The position numbers were made by a program, and so were the translations under genes. Below the pieces are notes generated by a model, which was not told the DNA's origin, did no database searches, and saw only the letters and a list, made by a program, of their open reading frames with translations. 64,000 nucleotides of DNA from Dehalococcoidia bacterium (lineage in GTDB: Bacteria > Chloroflexota > Dehalococcoidia > UBA2979). Of this stretch, positions 29,582 through 39,027 are shown in pieces. Positions within the stretch are counted from its first letter, which is position 1. Each line of letters starts with the position of its first letter. The DNA lies in contig OZ219871.1 of assembly GCA_964291495.2 (NCBI GenBank), positions 1,344,001 to 1,408,000 on the forward strand, given 5' to 3'.

Positions 29582-31012
29582 GTGGTCACGGGCCAGCCGG
29601 CTCAGCTCCGGCCAGAGCGCCGTCCCAGCGCGGGCGGGCTGCCGCCTCATGACGTCTCCGCCGAGCAGGCCGTCATCGCCGCGCTCCTGCTCGATCCCGA
29701 CGCCTACCCGCGCGTGCTGCCGCTGCTGCGGCCCGAGGACTTCTTCCGCGAGCAGCACGGCTGGTGCTACGAGGCGTGCGTCGCCCTGGCCGATCGCGCC
29801 GAGCCGATCACGCTGCCCACCCTGGCGCACGAACTCGAGCGCGCCGGCCGCCTCGACACCCTCGGCGGCGAGCCCTACCTCGCCGAGCTTGTCGGGCGGC
29901 ACTTCAGCGCCGCCGGCGTCGAGGCGCACGCGCGCATCGTCGCCCGCGACGCGCTCTACCGGCGCCTCATCCAGGTGGCCGGGCAGATCGCCCAGACCGC
30001 CTACGAGGGCGGCCCCGACGCCGGCCGCGTGATCGCCGCCGCCGAGGGCCTGCTGCTCAGCATCCGCTCCACCGAGGGCGCGGGCGACTTCGAGCGCCTG
30101 CGCGACCTGCTCGACCAGTTCCTCGAGGATCCGGGCGAGGACGTCGAGGGCGAGCTGGTCGGCGCGGTGCGCGCGGGCTTCATGGACTTCGACGCGCTGC
30201 TCGGCGGCTTCAAGCGCGGTGACCTGGTCATCGTGGCGGCGCGCACCGGCGTCGGGAAGTCCGCGCTGCTGCTCAACTTCGCGCGCAACGCCGCCGTCGG
30301 CCAGAACGGCACGGTCGCCGTCTTCGCCCTCGAGATGTCCGCCGAGCAGCTCGCGATGCGCCTGCTCTCCGCCGAGGCGGACGTGGACGCGACGCGGCTG
30401 CGGCTCGGCATGCACACCGAGGTCGAGGAGTCGCGCATCATGCACGCCATCGGCACGCTCGGGGAGGCCGCGATCTTCATCGACGACTCGGCGGTGCTGA
30501 GCGTGCCGGAGATCCGCGCCAAGTCGCGCCGGCTGCAGGCCGAGCACGGCCTCGACCTCGTGATCGTCGACTACCTGCAGCTGCTGCACTCGGCCACGGG
30601 CGGCGGCAGCGAGAACCGCGCCTCCGAGCTGGGCAAGATCACGCGCTCGCTCAAGGAGATGGCGCGCGAGCTCGAGGTGCCGGTGATCGCGGCGGCCCAG
30701 CTCTCGCGCGCCGTCGAGAGCCGCACGCCGCACATCCCGATGCTCTCCGACCTGCGCGAGTCCGGATCGATCGAGCAGGACGCGGACGTGGTCACGTTCA
30801 TCTACCGCGAGGACGTCTACCGCACCCCCGAGGAGTGGCAGGACGCGCATCCCGACCAGCCGGGCGGTCAGCACCCGAGCGGCATCGCCCAGCTGATCGT
30901 CGCGAAGCACCGCAACGGGCCGACCGGCACCGTCTCCGTGCGCTTCCTCGACCGCACCGCCTCGTTCCAGGACTTGATCCTGCGCGAGCCTCCGCCGCCG
31001 GAGTTCGAATGA
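29582..31012 (+). CDS. dnaB: Replicative DNA helicase
   Basis: PPHD..AEQAV, AARTGVGKS, VDYLQL, SDLRESGSIEQDAD and KHRNGPTG. Confidence 0.97.
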   Translation: MVTGQPAQLRPERRPSAGGLPPHDVSAEQAVIAALLLDPDAYPRVLPLLRPEDFFREQHGWCYEACVALADRAEPITLPTLAHELERAGRLDTLGGEPYLAELVGRHFSAAGVEAHARIVARDALYRRLIQVAGQIAQTAYEGGPDAGRVIAAAEGLLLSIRSTEGAGDFERLRDLLDQFLEDPGEDVEGELVGAVRAGFMDFDALLGGFKRGDLVIVAARTGVGKSALLLNFARNAAVGQNGTVAVFALEMSAEQLAMRLLSAEADVDATRLRLGMHTEVEESRIMHAIGTLGEAAIFIDDSAVLSVPEIRAKSRRLQAEHGLDLVIVDYLQLLHSATGGGSENRASELGKITRSLKEMARELEVPVIAAAQLSRAVESRTPHIPMLSDLRESGSIEQDADVVTFIYREDVYRTPEEWQDAHPDQPGGQHPSGIAQLIVAKHRNGPTGTVSVRFLDRTASFQDLILREPPPPEFE

Positions 31013-31779
31013 CGCCCCAGGCGCTCGGGATCGAGGGAATCGATGACGGCGCGGAGCGCGCCGCGCCGTTCCCCGGCTTCGTCGCCCGCGGCACGGCGAC
31101 GACGCTGCCGTCGCAGTTCTTCAGCGAGCTGCTGCCGCTGATCGACGACGAGGCCGAGCTGCGCGTCACGCTCTACGCGCTCTACGCTATCGGGCGCCGC
31201 AAGGGCACGCTGCGCGCCGTCCGCGTCTCGCAACTCGCCTCCGAGGAGCCGCTGCGCCGCGCGCTGGCGTGCTGCGGCGGCGACGCCGCGCTCGAGCCGG
31301 CGCTCGGACGGGCCGTCGAGCGCGGCAGCCTGCTCACGCTGGCGCTCGAGGACGGCGACACGCTCTGCTTCATGAACAGCGCGGCAGGACGCCGCAACCG
31401 GGCGCGGCTGCGCTCCGGCGCGCTGGCGCCGCCGCCCGGCGTGCGCATCGCGGCCCCGCGGGAGCAGCCCGCGAGCGTCGAGCCGGACGCGCCGGCGAGG
31501 GTCTACGAGCAGGAGATCGGCGCGCTCACGCCGGCGATCACGGACACCCTCGATGCGGCCGGGGAGCGCTGGCCCGCGGAGTGGATCACGAAGGCCTTGC
31601 GCCTGGCCGCCCGCCACAACGTGCGGCACTGGGCGTACGTCGAGTCGATCCTGCGCCGTTGGGAGTCGGAAGGAGTCGGGGAGGAAGGAGGGACGGCCGA
31701 TGCGCAGTCTGGCGCAGATCATGCGCGCGCGGAGCGTCGCGACCACGGACCGTACGAGCGCGTCATCCGCCGCAGCTGA
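31009..31779 (+). CDS. DnaD domain protein
   Basis: FFSELLPLIDD.AEL.VTLY, YEQEIGALTP and WAYVESILRRW. Confidence 0.85.
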   Translation: MTPQALGIEGIDDGAERAAPFPGFVARGTATTLPSQFFSELLPLIDDEAELRVTLYALYAIGRRKGTLRAVRVSQLASEEPLRRALACCGGDAALEPALGRAVERGSLLTLALEDGDTLCFMNSAAGRRNRARLRSGALAPPPGVRIAAPREQPASVEPDAPARVYEQEIGALTPAITDTLDAAGERWPAEWITKALRLAARHNVRHWAYVESILRRWESEGVGEEGGTADAQSGADHARAERRDHGPYERVIRRS

Positions 31780-33061
31780 CCCCGCTTCCGCCGCCGCGGA
31801 GCGCGGATCGTCGTGCCCGCTCTGCGGGGGCGCTCGCTTCGTGCGCGTCACCGCCGATCTGGCGAGTCCGGAGTTCGGTCGCGCCGTCCCGTGCAACTGC
31901 GCCGCGCGCGAGGACGACGGCGCGCGGCGCGAGCGCCTGCTGCGCTACTCGCGCCTCGGCGCGCTCTCCCGCTTCAGCTTCGACACCCTGCTGCCGCACG
32001 GTCGCTCGTCCGACCCGGCGGCGCAGCAGCGCTACGCGGCCGCTGTCGAGGCCGCTCGCCGTTTCGCCGAGCAACCCGAGGGCTGGCTGGTCTTCAGCGG
32101 CGTGCCCGGTTGCGGCAAGACGCACCTCGCCGCCGCCATCGCCAATCGCGCGATCGCGCTCGGCCGCCCCGCGCTCTTCCTCTCCGTCGCCGACTTCCTC
32201 GATCGGCTCCGCGCCTCCTATGACGACGCTGCGGAGGTCTCCTACGAGCGGCTGAGCGACCAGTTCCGCGAGGCGCCCCTGGCCGTGCTCGACGACCTCG
32301 ACAGTTACTCCGAGACGCCGTGGGCGCGCGAGAAGTTCGCGCAGCTCGTCTCGCACCGCTTCCACGCCGCGCTGCCCACGGTCTTCACCTGCGTGCGGCC
32401 GCCCGAGCAGATCGACGAGCGTCTCGGCGCGCGGCTGAGCGACCCCGCGATCGCGCAGCACTTCACGCTCGAGGAGACCTCGTCGCCTCGCTACTTCGAG
32501 GTCGGCGGGATGTCGCGCGAGCGGCTCGCCGAGCTGACGTTCGAGCGCTTCCGACCCGGCGGGCACGGCCTGCGTGGAGAGCAGCGCCGCAACCTCGAGG
32601 GCGCGTTCCGGCTGGCGCGCGGCTGGGCGGAGCGGCCGGCGGGCTGGCTGGTGCTGCTCGGCGCGAACGGCAGCGGCAAGACGCACCTCGCCGCCGCCAT
32701 CGCCGGATACCGCCTCGAGCAGGGCGACCGCGTCGCCTTCGCCACCGCGCCCGATCTCCTCGACGAGCTGCGGTCGACGTTCGCGCCGGACTCGGGCGAG
32801 CGCTTCGATCCGCTGTTCCGCCGGCTGCGCGACGCGGGCCTGCTGGTGCTCGACGACCTCGGGGTCGAGAAGTCGGGCGGCTGGGCGCAGGAGAAGCTCT
32901 ACCAGCTGCTCAACTACCGCCACCTCGGCCGCCGCCCAACGGTGATCACGAGCGACCTCGCGCTCACCGAGCTGGAGCCGCGCATCGCCTCGAGGCTTAG
33001 TGATCTGCAGGTCGCGACCGCCTACGAGCTGCGCGCCCCGGACTACCGCACAGGGGCGTAA
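31700..33061 (+). CDS. DnaC/DnaI(IstB)-like helicase loader with two tandem AAA+ domains
   Basis: Zn motif CPLC..CNC; Walker A GVPGCGKT and GANGSGKT; two Walker B LDDL motifs. Confidence 0.88.
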   Translation: MRSLAQIMRARSVATTDRTSASSAAADPASAAAERGSSCPLCGGARFVRVTADLASPEFGRAVPCNCAAREDDGARRERLLRYSRLGALSRFSFDTLLPHGRSSDPAAQQRYAAAVEAARRFAEQPEGWLVFSGVPGCGKTHLAAAIANRAIALGRPALFLSVADFLDRLRASYDDAAEVSYERLSDQFREAPLAVLDDLDSYSETPWAREKFAQLVSHRFHAALPTVFTCVRPPEQIDERLGARLSDPAIAQHFTLEETSSPRYFEVGGMSRERLAELTFERFRPGGHGLRGEQRRNLEGAFRLARGWAERPAGWLVLLGANGSGKTHLAAAIAGYRLEQGDRVAFATAPDLLDELRSTFAPDSGERFDPLFRRLRDAGLLVLDDLGVEKSGGWAQEKLYQLLNYRHLGRRPTVITSDLALTELEPRIASRLSDLQVATAYELRAPDYRTGA

Positions 33062-33124
33062 CAGTGTGATGAGTATGTGCTACACTCTCTCGCGGCAGCG
33101 TGCGGGGGGTAGCGGCGTATACTC

Positions 33125-33406
33125 ATGGCGATGGCTTCAGACACGCTGAGCATTTCCAAGGACCTGCGCGCGGCAGGCTTCAACGAGCAGCAGGCCGACG
33201 CCCTCGCCACGCACATGGCCGTCACGCCCTCGAACCTCGTGACGAAGGAAGATCTCGCGCTCGAGGTTGCCCGGCTGGACCACAAGATCGATCAGGTGGA
33301 ATCACGGCTGCTGCTGAGGCTGGGCGCGGGGCTGGCAGTTGCGACGGGCCTGGTCCTCGCCGGGATAGGCACGGCGACAGCGGTCCTCCTGAACCAGCTC
33401 GGCTAG
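33125..33406 (+). CDS. DUF1640/CCDC90-like coiled-coil protein with C-terminal TM
   Basis: DTL..SKDLRAAGFNEQQA.AL, LVTKEDL and a hydrophobic C-terminus. TATACT 7 nt before ATG 33131 suggests a leaderless start. Confidence 0.75.
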   Translation: MAMASDTLSISKDLRAAGFNEQQADALATHMAVTPSNLVTKEDLALEVARLDHKIDQVESRLLLRLGAGLAVATGLVLAGIGTATAVLLNQLG

Positions 33407-33422
33407 CGACCCTCGCGAAGCC

Positions 33423-34142
33423 TCACGCCCCTGCGGGGTGCTCCGAGCCGGCGGGGCGAGGGCTGACGCCCTCCTGCCAGACCGAGCCATCGAGGCCGTG
33501 CTCGCGCTTCCAGACGGGGACAGTCTCCTTGATCCGGTCGACGGCACGCAGGGCCGCCTCGAAGGCGTCCCCGCGGTGCGAGGCGGAGACGGCGACCAGC
33601 AGCGAGACCTCGCCGATCTCCAGCATCCCGATGCGATGATGCGCCGCGATGCGGTGCACCTCGCGATCCGCGAACTCCGCCAGCACCTCGCGCGAAGCCG
33701 CCTCGAGCTGCCGCTCGGCCATCGAGGCGTAGGCCTCGTACTCGAGCCGCGCCACCGCACGGCCCTCGTGGTGGTTGCGCACTACGCCCTCGAACAGCAC
33801 CACGGCGCCGCTTGCGTCCGTGTGCACGACCTCGCGCAGCGCGTCGCGGTCCAGCGGGTCGTGCGTCACGAGGAACGGCGCCGTCCCGCCCTCGCCGCCG
33901 GAAATCGGCTGGATCAGCGCCACCTCGTCGCGTTCGCCGATCTCGGTGGCGGCGTCGATGCAGTACTCCTCGTTGATCGCGAGCGCGAGCGTCGGCAGGT
34001 GCGGGCGCAGCGCGGGCCGCGACTGCTCCAGGCGACGCTGCAGATCGGCGACCGTGACGGCGCTCTCCGCGAACTCCTCGTCGAGGAACTCGCTGTCCAT
34101 CAGCTCGCGGAGCTGTGCGAAGAGCCGGATTCTGACGCGCAC
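33423..34142 (-). CDS. Fused molybdopterin synthase MoaD-MoaE (MoaX-like)
   Basis: N-terminal RLFAQLRE...AINEEY...VALIQPISGG, then MoaE motifs GAVVLFEGVVR, LEYEAY, HRIG and VPVWKRE. Confidence 0.92.
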   Translation of the reverse strand: MRVRIRLFAQLRELMDSEFLDEEFAESAVTVADLQRRLEQSRPALRPHLPTLALAINEEYCIDAATEIGERDEVALIQPISGGEGGTAPFLVTHDPLDRDALREVVHTDASGAVVLFEGVVRNHHEGRAVARLEYEAYASMAERQLEAASREVLAEFADREVHRIAAHHRIGMLEIGEVSLLVAVSASHRGDAFEAALRAVDRIKETVPVWKREHGLDGSVWQEGVSPRPAGSEHPAGA

Positions 34143-34231
34143 GGGCCTGCCTCATCCGTTCGTCCTGCTGCCCAGCGAGTATAAGCTCGGCAGCGCCCGC
34201 CGGAGCCGCTCCGGCGCTATCGAGGCTGGCG

Positions 34232-34912
34232 ATGGTTGCGCGCGAGTTGCTGCACGAGCTGGCGGAGGCGCTGCTGCCGCAGCGCTGCATTGCCTGCGGG
34301 CGCTTCGGCGCCTCGCTGCACCACGCCTGCCTCGAGGCGTTGCCGGCGGCCGGATCGCCGCGCTGTACGCGCTGCTGGGCGCCCGGTCCGGGCTCGCCCT
34401 GCGCGGCCTGCCTCGCCGATCCGCCGCCGTTCGAAGGGCTGCGCACCCCCTACCGCTTCGCGGGCGTGGCGCGCCGCGCGCTGCTGGAGGCGAAGTTCCG
34501 GGGGATCAGCGCGCACCTCGATCCGCTCGGCGATGTTGCCGCGGGCGTCGTGCCGCGCCGCTGGAGGATCGACGCCGTGACGCCGATCCCGCTGCACGGC
34601 GCGCGCCGCCGCCGGCGCGGCTTCAACCAGTCCGAGCTGATCGCACGCCGCGTCGCGAGGGCCCTCGGGCTGCCGCTGCGCGCCGATCTGCTGCGGCGCG
34701 TCCGGGCAACCGGGCCGCAGACCGCCCTCGGCAGGGAGCGTCGCGCCGCCAACATCACCGGCGCATTCGCGGCCACCGGAACACCGCCCGCGGGCGTGCT
34801 GCTCGTCGATGATGTCTCGACGACCGGCGCGACGCTGGCGGCGGCGGCTCGGGCGCTGCTGGACGGCGGCGCCGGAAGGGTCTACGCCCTCGCCGTGGCT
34901 CGCGAGGACTGA
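34232..34912 (+). CDS. ComF family protein (double Zn ribbon plus PRT domain)
   Basis: CIAC, CTRC, CAAC, RGFNQS and LLVDDVSTTGAT. Confidence 0.9.
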   Translation: MVARELLHELAEALLPQRCIACGRFGASLHHACLEALPAAGSPRCTRCWAPGPGSPCAACLADPPPFEGLRTPYRFAGVARRALLEAKFRGISAHLDPLGDVAAGVVPRRWRIDAVTPIPLHGARRRRRGFNQSELIARRVARALGLPLRADLLRRVRATGPQTALGRERRAANITGAFAATGTPPAGVLLVDDVSTTGATLAAAARALLDGGAGRVYALAVARED

Positions 34913-34997
34913 GCGGGGCCGCTCGCCGCGACGAGCGCTGGCACCGCTTGCGGGGCAGTTCTAGAATGCCCCCGCCGGCCCCCACGGGAGGCGCGCT

Positions 34998-35969
34998 GTG
35001 ATCATCACGGTCACCCTCAACCCGGCCATCGACCAGACGATCGAGATCGATCGCCTGATCGAGGGCGACACCAACCGCGTCGCAGCGATCCGCTGGGACA
35101 TCGGCGGCAAGGGCATCAACGTCGCGCGCATGCTCAAGGAGCTCGGCTACGAGCCACTGGCGAGCGGCTTCGCGCCCGGCGACCTCGGACGGATGATCGA
35201 GGACTCGCTGGTCGACGCGGGCATCGGCTGCGAGTTCATCTTCGTCCCGGGCGAGACGCGCACCAACATCACGATCCTCGACCGAGAGACGCACCGCGAC
35301 ACCGTGCTCGCCGCCTCCGGGCCGAAGGTGACGCAGCACGCGGTCTCACTGCTGCGCACGCGACTGAATCGCCGCCTCCGCCCGCACGGCGAGAGCTGGC
35401 TGGTGCTGGCCGGTTCGATTCCGCCCGGCTGCGACCCCGCGCTCTACGCCGACCTGCTGGGCATGGCGGCCGAGCGCGGCGCGTACAGCGCCGTCGACGC
35501 CGACGGAGAGGTGGTGGCCGCGATCCTCAGCGGCGGCGCTGCGCCCGACCTGCTCAAGCTCAACGAACACGAGGCGGGGCGCCTGCTCGGACGCACGATC
35601 GATGACGAGGCGAGCGCCATCGAAGCAGCGCGCACCCTGCGCTCGTGGGGCCTGACGCAGGTCGTGATCACCCGCGGCGGGGACGGAGCGGTTGCGATCA
35701 CGCCCGAGGGCGACTTCCGGGTCGGGGCCCTCGATGTCGAGGTGCGGTCCGCGGTTGGGGCGGGCGACGCCTTCCTCGCCGGGCTGATCTTCGGGCTCGT
35801 CCGCGGGCGCGGCTGGGCCGCCTCGCTGGCGACCGCGACCGCCTCCGGCGCGGCGGCGTGCCTGGCGCCCGGCACCTCTCTCGGGCGGGCCGCGGACGCG
35901 CGCCGCCTGGAGGCGCAGGTGCGCGTCGAGGCGCTGCGGGAGCCGACCGCGCATCCTGCGCACGCCTGA
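34998..35969 (+). CDS. 1-phosphofructokinase family hexose kinase (PfkB)
   Basis: IITVTLNPAID, GGKGINVA, ETRTN and SAVGAGD. Confidence 0.92.
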   Translation: MIITVTLNPAIDQTIEIDRLIEGDTNRVAAIRWDIGGKGINVARMLKELGYEPLASGFAPGDLGRMIEDSLVDAGIGCEFIFVPGETRTNITILDRETHRDTVLAASGPKVTQHAVSLLRTRLNRRLRPHGESWLVLAGSIPPGCDPALYADLLGMAAERGAYSAVDADGEVVAAILSGGAAPDLLKLNEHEAGRLLGRTIDDEASAIEAARTLRSWGLTQVVITRGGDGAVAITPEGDFRVGALDVEVRSAVGAGDAFLAGLIFGLVRGRGWAASLATATASGAAACLAPGTSLGRAADARRLEAQVRVEALREPTAHPAHA

Positions 35970-36049
35970 CTCCCGGGGCGCGGTCCCAGACCCGGTCCTG
36001 CGGTAGGATTTGATCCGGCAGCAGCGCCTATCCCCACGAGGAGCGAGAG

Positions 36050-37318
36050 ATGAGCACGCTGACCGATCTGGCGGGCACGCTCGCCGACGTCGACCCTGCG
36101 ATCGCCTCGGCGATCGGCCGCGAGGAGCAGCGGCAGCGCTCCACCCTCGAGATGATCGCGTCGGAGAACTTCGCATCCGCCGCCGTGATCGAGGCCGTGG
36201 GCACGGTGCTCACCAACAAGTACGCTGAGGGCTACCCGGGCCGCCGCTACTACGGCGGCTGCGAGTTCGTCGACGAGGTCGAGAGCCTCGCCATCGAGCG
36301 GGCCGAGTCGCTCTTCGGCGCCGAGCATGCCAACGTCCAGCCTCACTCTGGCGCGCAGGCGAACATGGCCGTCTACTTCGGGCTGCTCAAGCCCGGCGAC
36401 ACGGTGATGGGCCTGCGCCTCGATCAGGGCGGCCACCTTACGCACGGCTCGAACGTCAACTTCAGCGGCAAGCTCTTCGAGTTCGTCTCCTACGGCGTCG
36501 ATCGCGAGACGGAGTACATCGACTACGACGAGATGGCGGCGCTCGCCCGCGAGCACCGCCCGAAGATCATCGTCACCGGCGCCACCGCCTACCCGCGCGA
36601 GATCGACTTCGCCCGCGCCCGCGCGATCGCCGACGAGGTGGATGCGCTGCTGATGGCGGACATGGCGCACATCGCCGGTCTCGTCGCCTCGGGTGTGCAC
36701 GTCTCGCCGATCGGGCACGCGCAGCTGGTCACCAGCTCGACGCACAAGACGCTGCGCGGCCCGCGAGGCGGGATGATCCTCTGCGACCAGCCGTATGCGC
36801 GGCGCATCGATCGCGGCGTCTTCCCCAACGCCCAGGGTGGTCCGCTGATGCACGTCGTGGCGGGCAAGGCCGTCGCCTTCGCCGAGGCGGCGACCTCCGA
36901 GTTCCGCGCTTACTCGCAGCAGACGGTCGACAACGCGCGCGCCCTCGGCGAGACGCTGGTCGATGCCGGGCTGCGCGTGGTCAGCGGCGGCACGGACAAC
37001 CACCTGCTGCTGGTCGATGTGACGCCCAAGGGGCTGACCGGCCAGACGGCCGAGGACGCGCTGGCTCGCGCGGGGATCGTCGTCAACAAGAACGCGATCC
37101 CCTACGACGAACTCCCGCCGGCCGTCGCCTCCGGCATTCGCGTCGGCACGCCCGCGCTCACCTCGCGCGGACTTGCTACGACGGAGCTGCGCCAGGTGGG
37201 CGAGCTGATCGTGCGCATCCTCGATGCGCCCGAGGACGAGGCGGTCGCGGCGCAGGTGCGCTCCGAGGTGCTGGCGCTGTGCGAGGCGTTTCCCGCGCCG
37301 GGGGTGCCTGCGGAGTAG
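36050..37318 (+). CDS. glyA: Serine hydroxymethyltransferase
   Basis: [21 protein letters not shown] and [12 protein letters not shown]. Confidence 0.98.
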   Translation: MSTLTDLAGTLADVDPAIASAIGREEQRQRSTLEMIASENFASAAVIEAVGTVLTNKYAEGYPGRRYYGGCEFVDEVESLAIERAESLFGAEHANVQPHSGAQANMAVYFGLLKPGDTVMGLRLDQGGHLTHGSNVNFSGKLFEFVSYGVDRETEYIDYDEMAALAREHRPKIIVTGATAYPREIDFARARAIADEVDALLMADMAHIAGLVASGVHVSPIGHAQLVTSSTHKTLRGPRGGMILCDQPYARRIDRGVFPNAQGGPLMHVVAGKAVAFAEAATSEFRAYSQQTVDNARALGETLVDAGLRVVSGGTDNHLLLVDVTPKGLTGQTAEDALARAGIVVNKNAIPYDELPPAVASGIRVGTPALTSRGLATTELRQVGELIVRILDAPEDEAVAAQVRSEVLALCEAFPAPGVPAE

Positions 37319-37330
37319 GCGCCGCCTCGA

Positions 37331-37359
37331 TTGCCCCTCGATCGGGGCGTTCATATACT
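37331..37359 (+). promoter_or_regulatory. Putative promoter of rpsF-ssb-rpsR
   Basis: TTGCCC-17 nt-TATACT. Confidence 0.6.
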
Positions 37360-37488
37360 GGCGCAACGGAGTACGGGCTGCCTCGATTCCCGCCGTGCCC
37401 GGTTGCCGCGAGGGCGGCGCCGGGCGCTGTGTTCATCGGGGCGCTCTGCTGCGAGCGGCGGGACGACCGACTCCACGAGGGAGCACGC

Positions 37489-38088
37489 TTGAACGAGTAC
37501 GAGCTGATGTACGTGATCAGCCCGCGCCTCATGGTGGAGGAGATCGACTCCACCATCGAGCGCGTCCAGGGACTGGTCGAAGATGCCGGCGGCGAGATCC
37601 TGATGACGGACAACTGGGGCCGGCGGCGCCTCGCCTACCCGATCAAGCACCACTTCGAGGGCACCTACGTGCTCTCCCACATGACACTGCCGCCCGACCG
37701 CGTCGCCGGGTTCGAGCGGGCGATGCACCTCAACGAGCAGATCCTCAGGCACCTCGTGGTTCGCGGCATCGTCCCGGGCTATGACGGCCCGCCTGAAGAG
37801 GAGCTGGTCTACGCCCGGCGCGGCACGTCGCGTCCGGCGCCGTCGCGATCGCCCGCCGAGGACGCGCCCGCCGCAGCGGAAGCGACCGAGGCTGCCGACG
37901 CGCCCGAGGCGGCAGAAGCGGCCGACGCGCCCGAAGCAACTGAGGCGGCCGACTCTCCCGAGGCGGCAGAGGCGGCCGACTCTCCCGAGGCGGCAGAAGC
38001 GGCCGACGCGCCCGAGGCGTCCGAGCCCTCAGAGGCCGCCGAGACACCAGAGGTTGCCGAAGCGCCCGCGGCCACCTCGGCAGAGTGA
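37489..38088 (+). CDS. rpsF: 30S ribosomal protein S6 with long acidic repeat tail
   Basis: YELMYVISP, WGRRRLAYPI and ILRHLVV; TTG start after GAGGGAG. Confidence 0.95.
   Translation: MNEYELMYVISPRLMVEEIDSTIERVQGLVEDAGGEILMTDNWGRRRLAYPIKHHFEGTYVLSHMTLPPDRVAGFERAMHLNEQILRHLVVRGIVPGYDGPPEEELVYARRGTSRPAPSRSPAEDAPAAAEATEAADAPEAAEAADAPEATEAADSPEAAEAADSPEAAEAADAPEASEPSEAAETPEVAEAPAATSAE
37888..38022 (+). repeat. About five 27-nt in-frame tandem repeats (EAAD[A/S]PEA[A/T]) in the S6 tail
   Basis: Unit approximates gaggcggccgac(g/t)c(g/t)cccgaggcggca. Confidence 0.85.
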
Positions 38089-38163
38089 CGCAGCCGCAAC
38101 GGCGAACCGCGTGATCGAGGGCGCAACGAATCCGCTACTCTCCCCACGGACGGGGGTCCAAGC

Positions 38164-38577
38164 ATGCTGAACAAGGTGATGGTCATTGGGAATCTGGGCG
38201 CCGATCCGGAGATGCGCTACACCGCGAACGGCAGCGCCGTCACGAACTTCAACGTCGCCACCAACCGCGAGTACACCACCGGTGATGGCGAACGCCGCCA
38301 GGAGACGGAGTGGTTCCGCGTCGTCACCTGGAACCGGCTGGCCGAGATCTGCAGCCAGTACCTCTCGAAGGGCCGCCAGGTCTATGTCGAGGGCCGGCTG
38401 CAGACCCGCTCCTGGGAGGGGCAGGACGGTCAGACGCGCTACACCACCGAACTGATCGCCCAGGAGGTGAAGTTCCTCGGCGGCCAGCGCGACGCCTCGT
38501 ACGAGCGTGCGGGCGCGCCCAACCTTGCCGCTCCCGACTTCGCGGGCGACATTGAGGCGGACGATCTGCCGTTCTAG
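38164..38577 (+). CDS. ssb: Single-stranded DNA-binding protein
   Basis: LNKVMVIGNLGADPE, VYVEGRLQTRSW and C-terminal DDLPF. Confidence 0.98.
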   Translation: MLNKVMVIGNLGADPEMRYTANGSAVTNFNVATNREYTTGDGERRQETEWFRVVTWNRLAEICSQYLSKGRQVYVEGRLQTRSWEGQDGQTRYTTELIAQEVKFLGGQRDASYERAGAPNLAAPDFAGDIEADDLPF

Positions 38578-38601
38578 CCGCCGACTGAACCGGAGGAGCC
38601 G

Positions 38602-38982
38602 ATGACCACCGAGCCGCCCCGCAGCGCCCCAGCAGGCCGCCCACCCGCGGGCCGTGACCGCGACCGCGACCGCGACCGCGACTCGGACTTCGGGCGTGGG
38701 CGCGGCGGCCGAGGGGGAGGCGGCGGTGGCCGCGGCAGGCGCCGGCCCTGCGAGTTCTGCCCGCCCGGCACGCGTGTGGTCGACTACAAGAACACGCCGA
38801 TGCTGAGGCGCTACCTGACCGAGCGCGGCAAGATGGAGGCGCGCCGCCGCGGTGGTTGCACGGCCAAGTGCCAGCGGCTGCTGGCGCAGGCCATCAAGCG
38901 CGCTCGCCACATGGCCCTGCTCCCGTACACCGCCGAGCATGTCCGGCTGAGCAACGTCCCGGCTGGACGGCCGCGCCGCTAG
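38602..38982 (+). CDS. rpsR: 30S ribosomal protein S18 (Zn type) with RD/RG-rich N-terminal extension
   Basis: CEFC, VDYKN, GCTAKCQR and AIKRARHMALLPY. Confidence 0.95.
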   Translation: MTTEPPRSAPAGRPPAGRDRDRDRDRDSDFGRGRGGRGGGGGGRGRRRPCEFCPPGTRVVDYKNTPMLRRYLTERGKMEARRRGGCTAKCQRLLAQAIKRARHMALLPYTAEHVRLSNVPAGRPRR

Positions 38983-39027
38983 GCGCCCGCGGATCGCGAC
39001 GGCGCTCCGCGAGGAGGGCCCGCACAC

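Noticed and set aside
31700-33061. IstB-like ATPase suggesting an IS21 element or prophage replication module
   Set aside because: No IstA transposase, terminal repeats, integrase or phage structural genes. It sits in a rplI-dnaB-dnaD housekeeping operon with host-like codon usage.
33125-33406. DUF1640-like gene as evidence of a prophage
   Set aside because: A solitary small gene with no other phage functions or att-like repeats seen.
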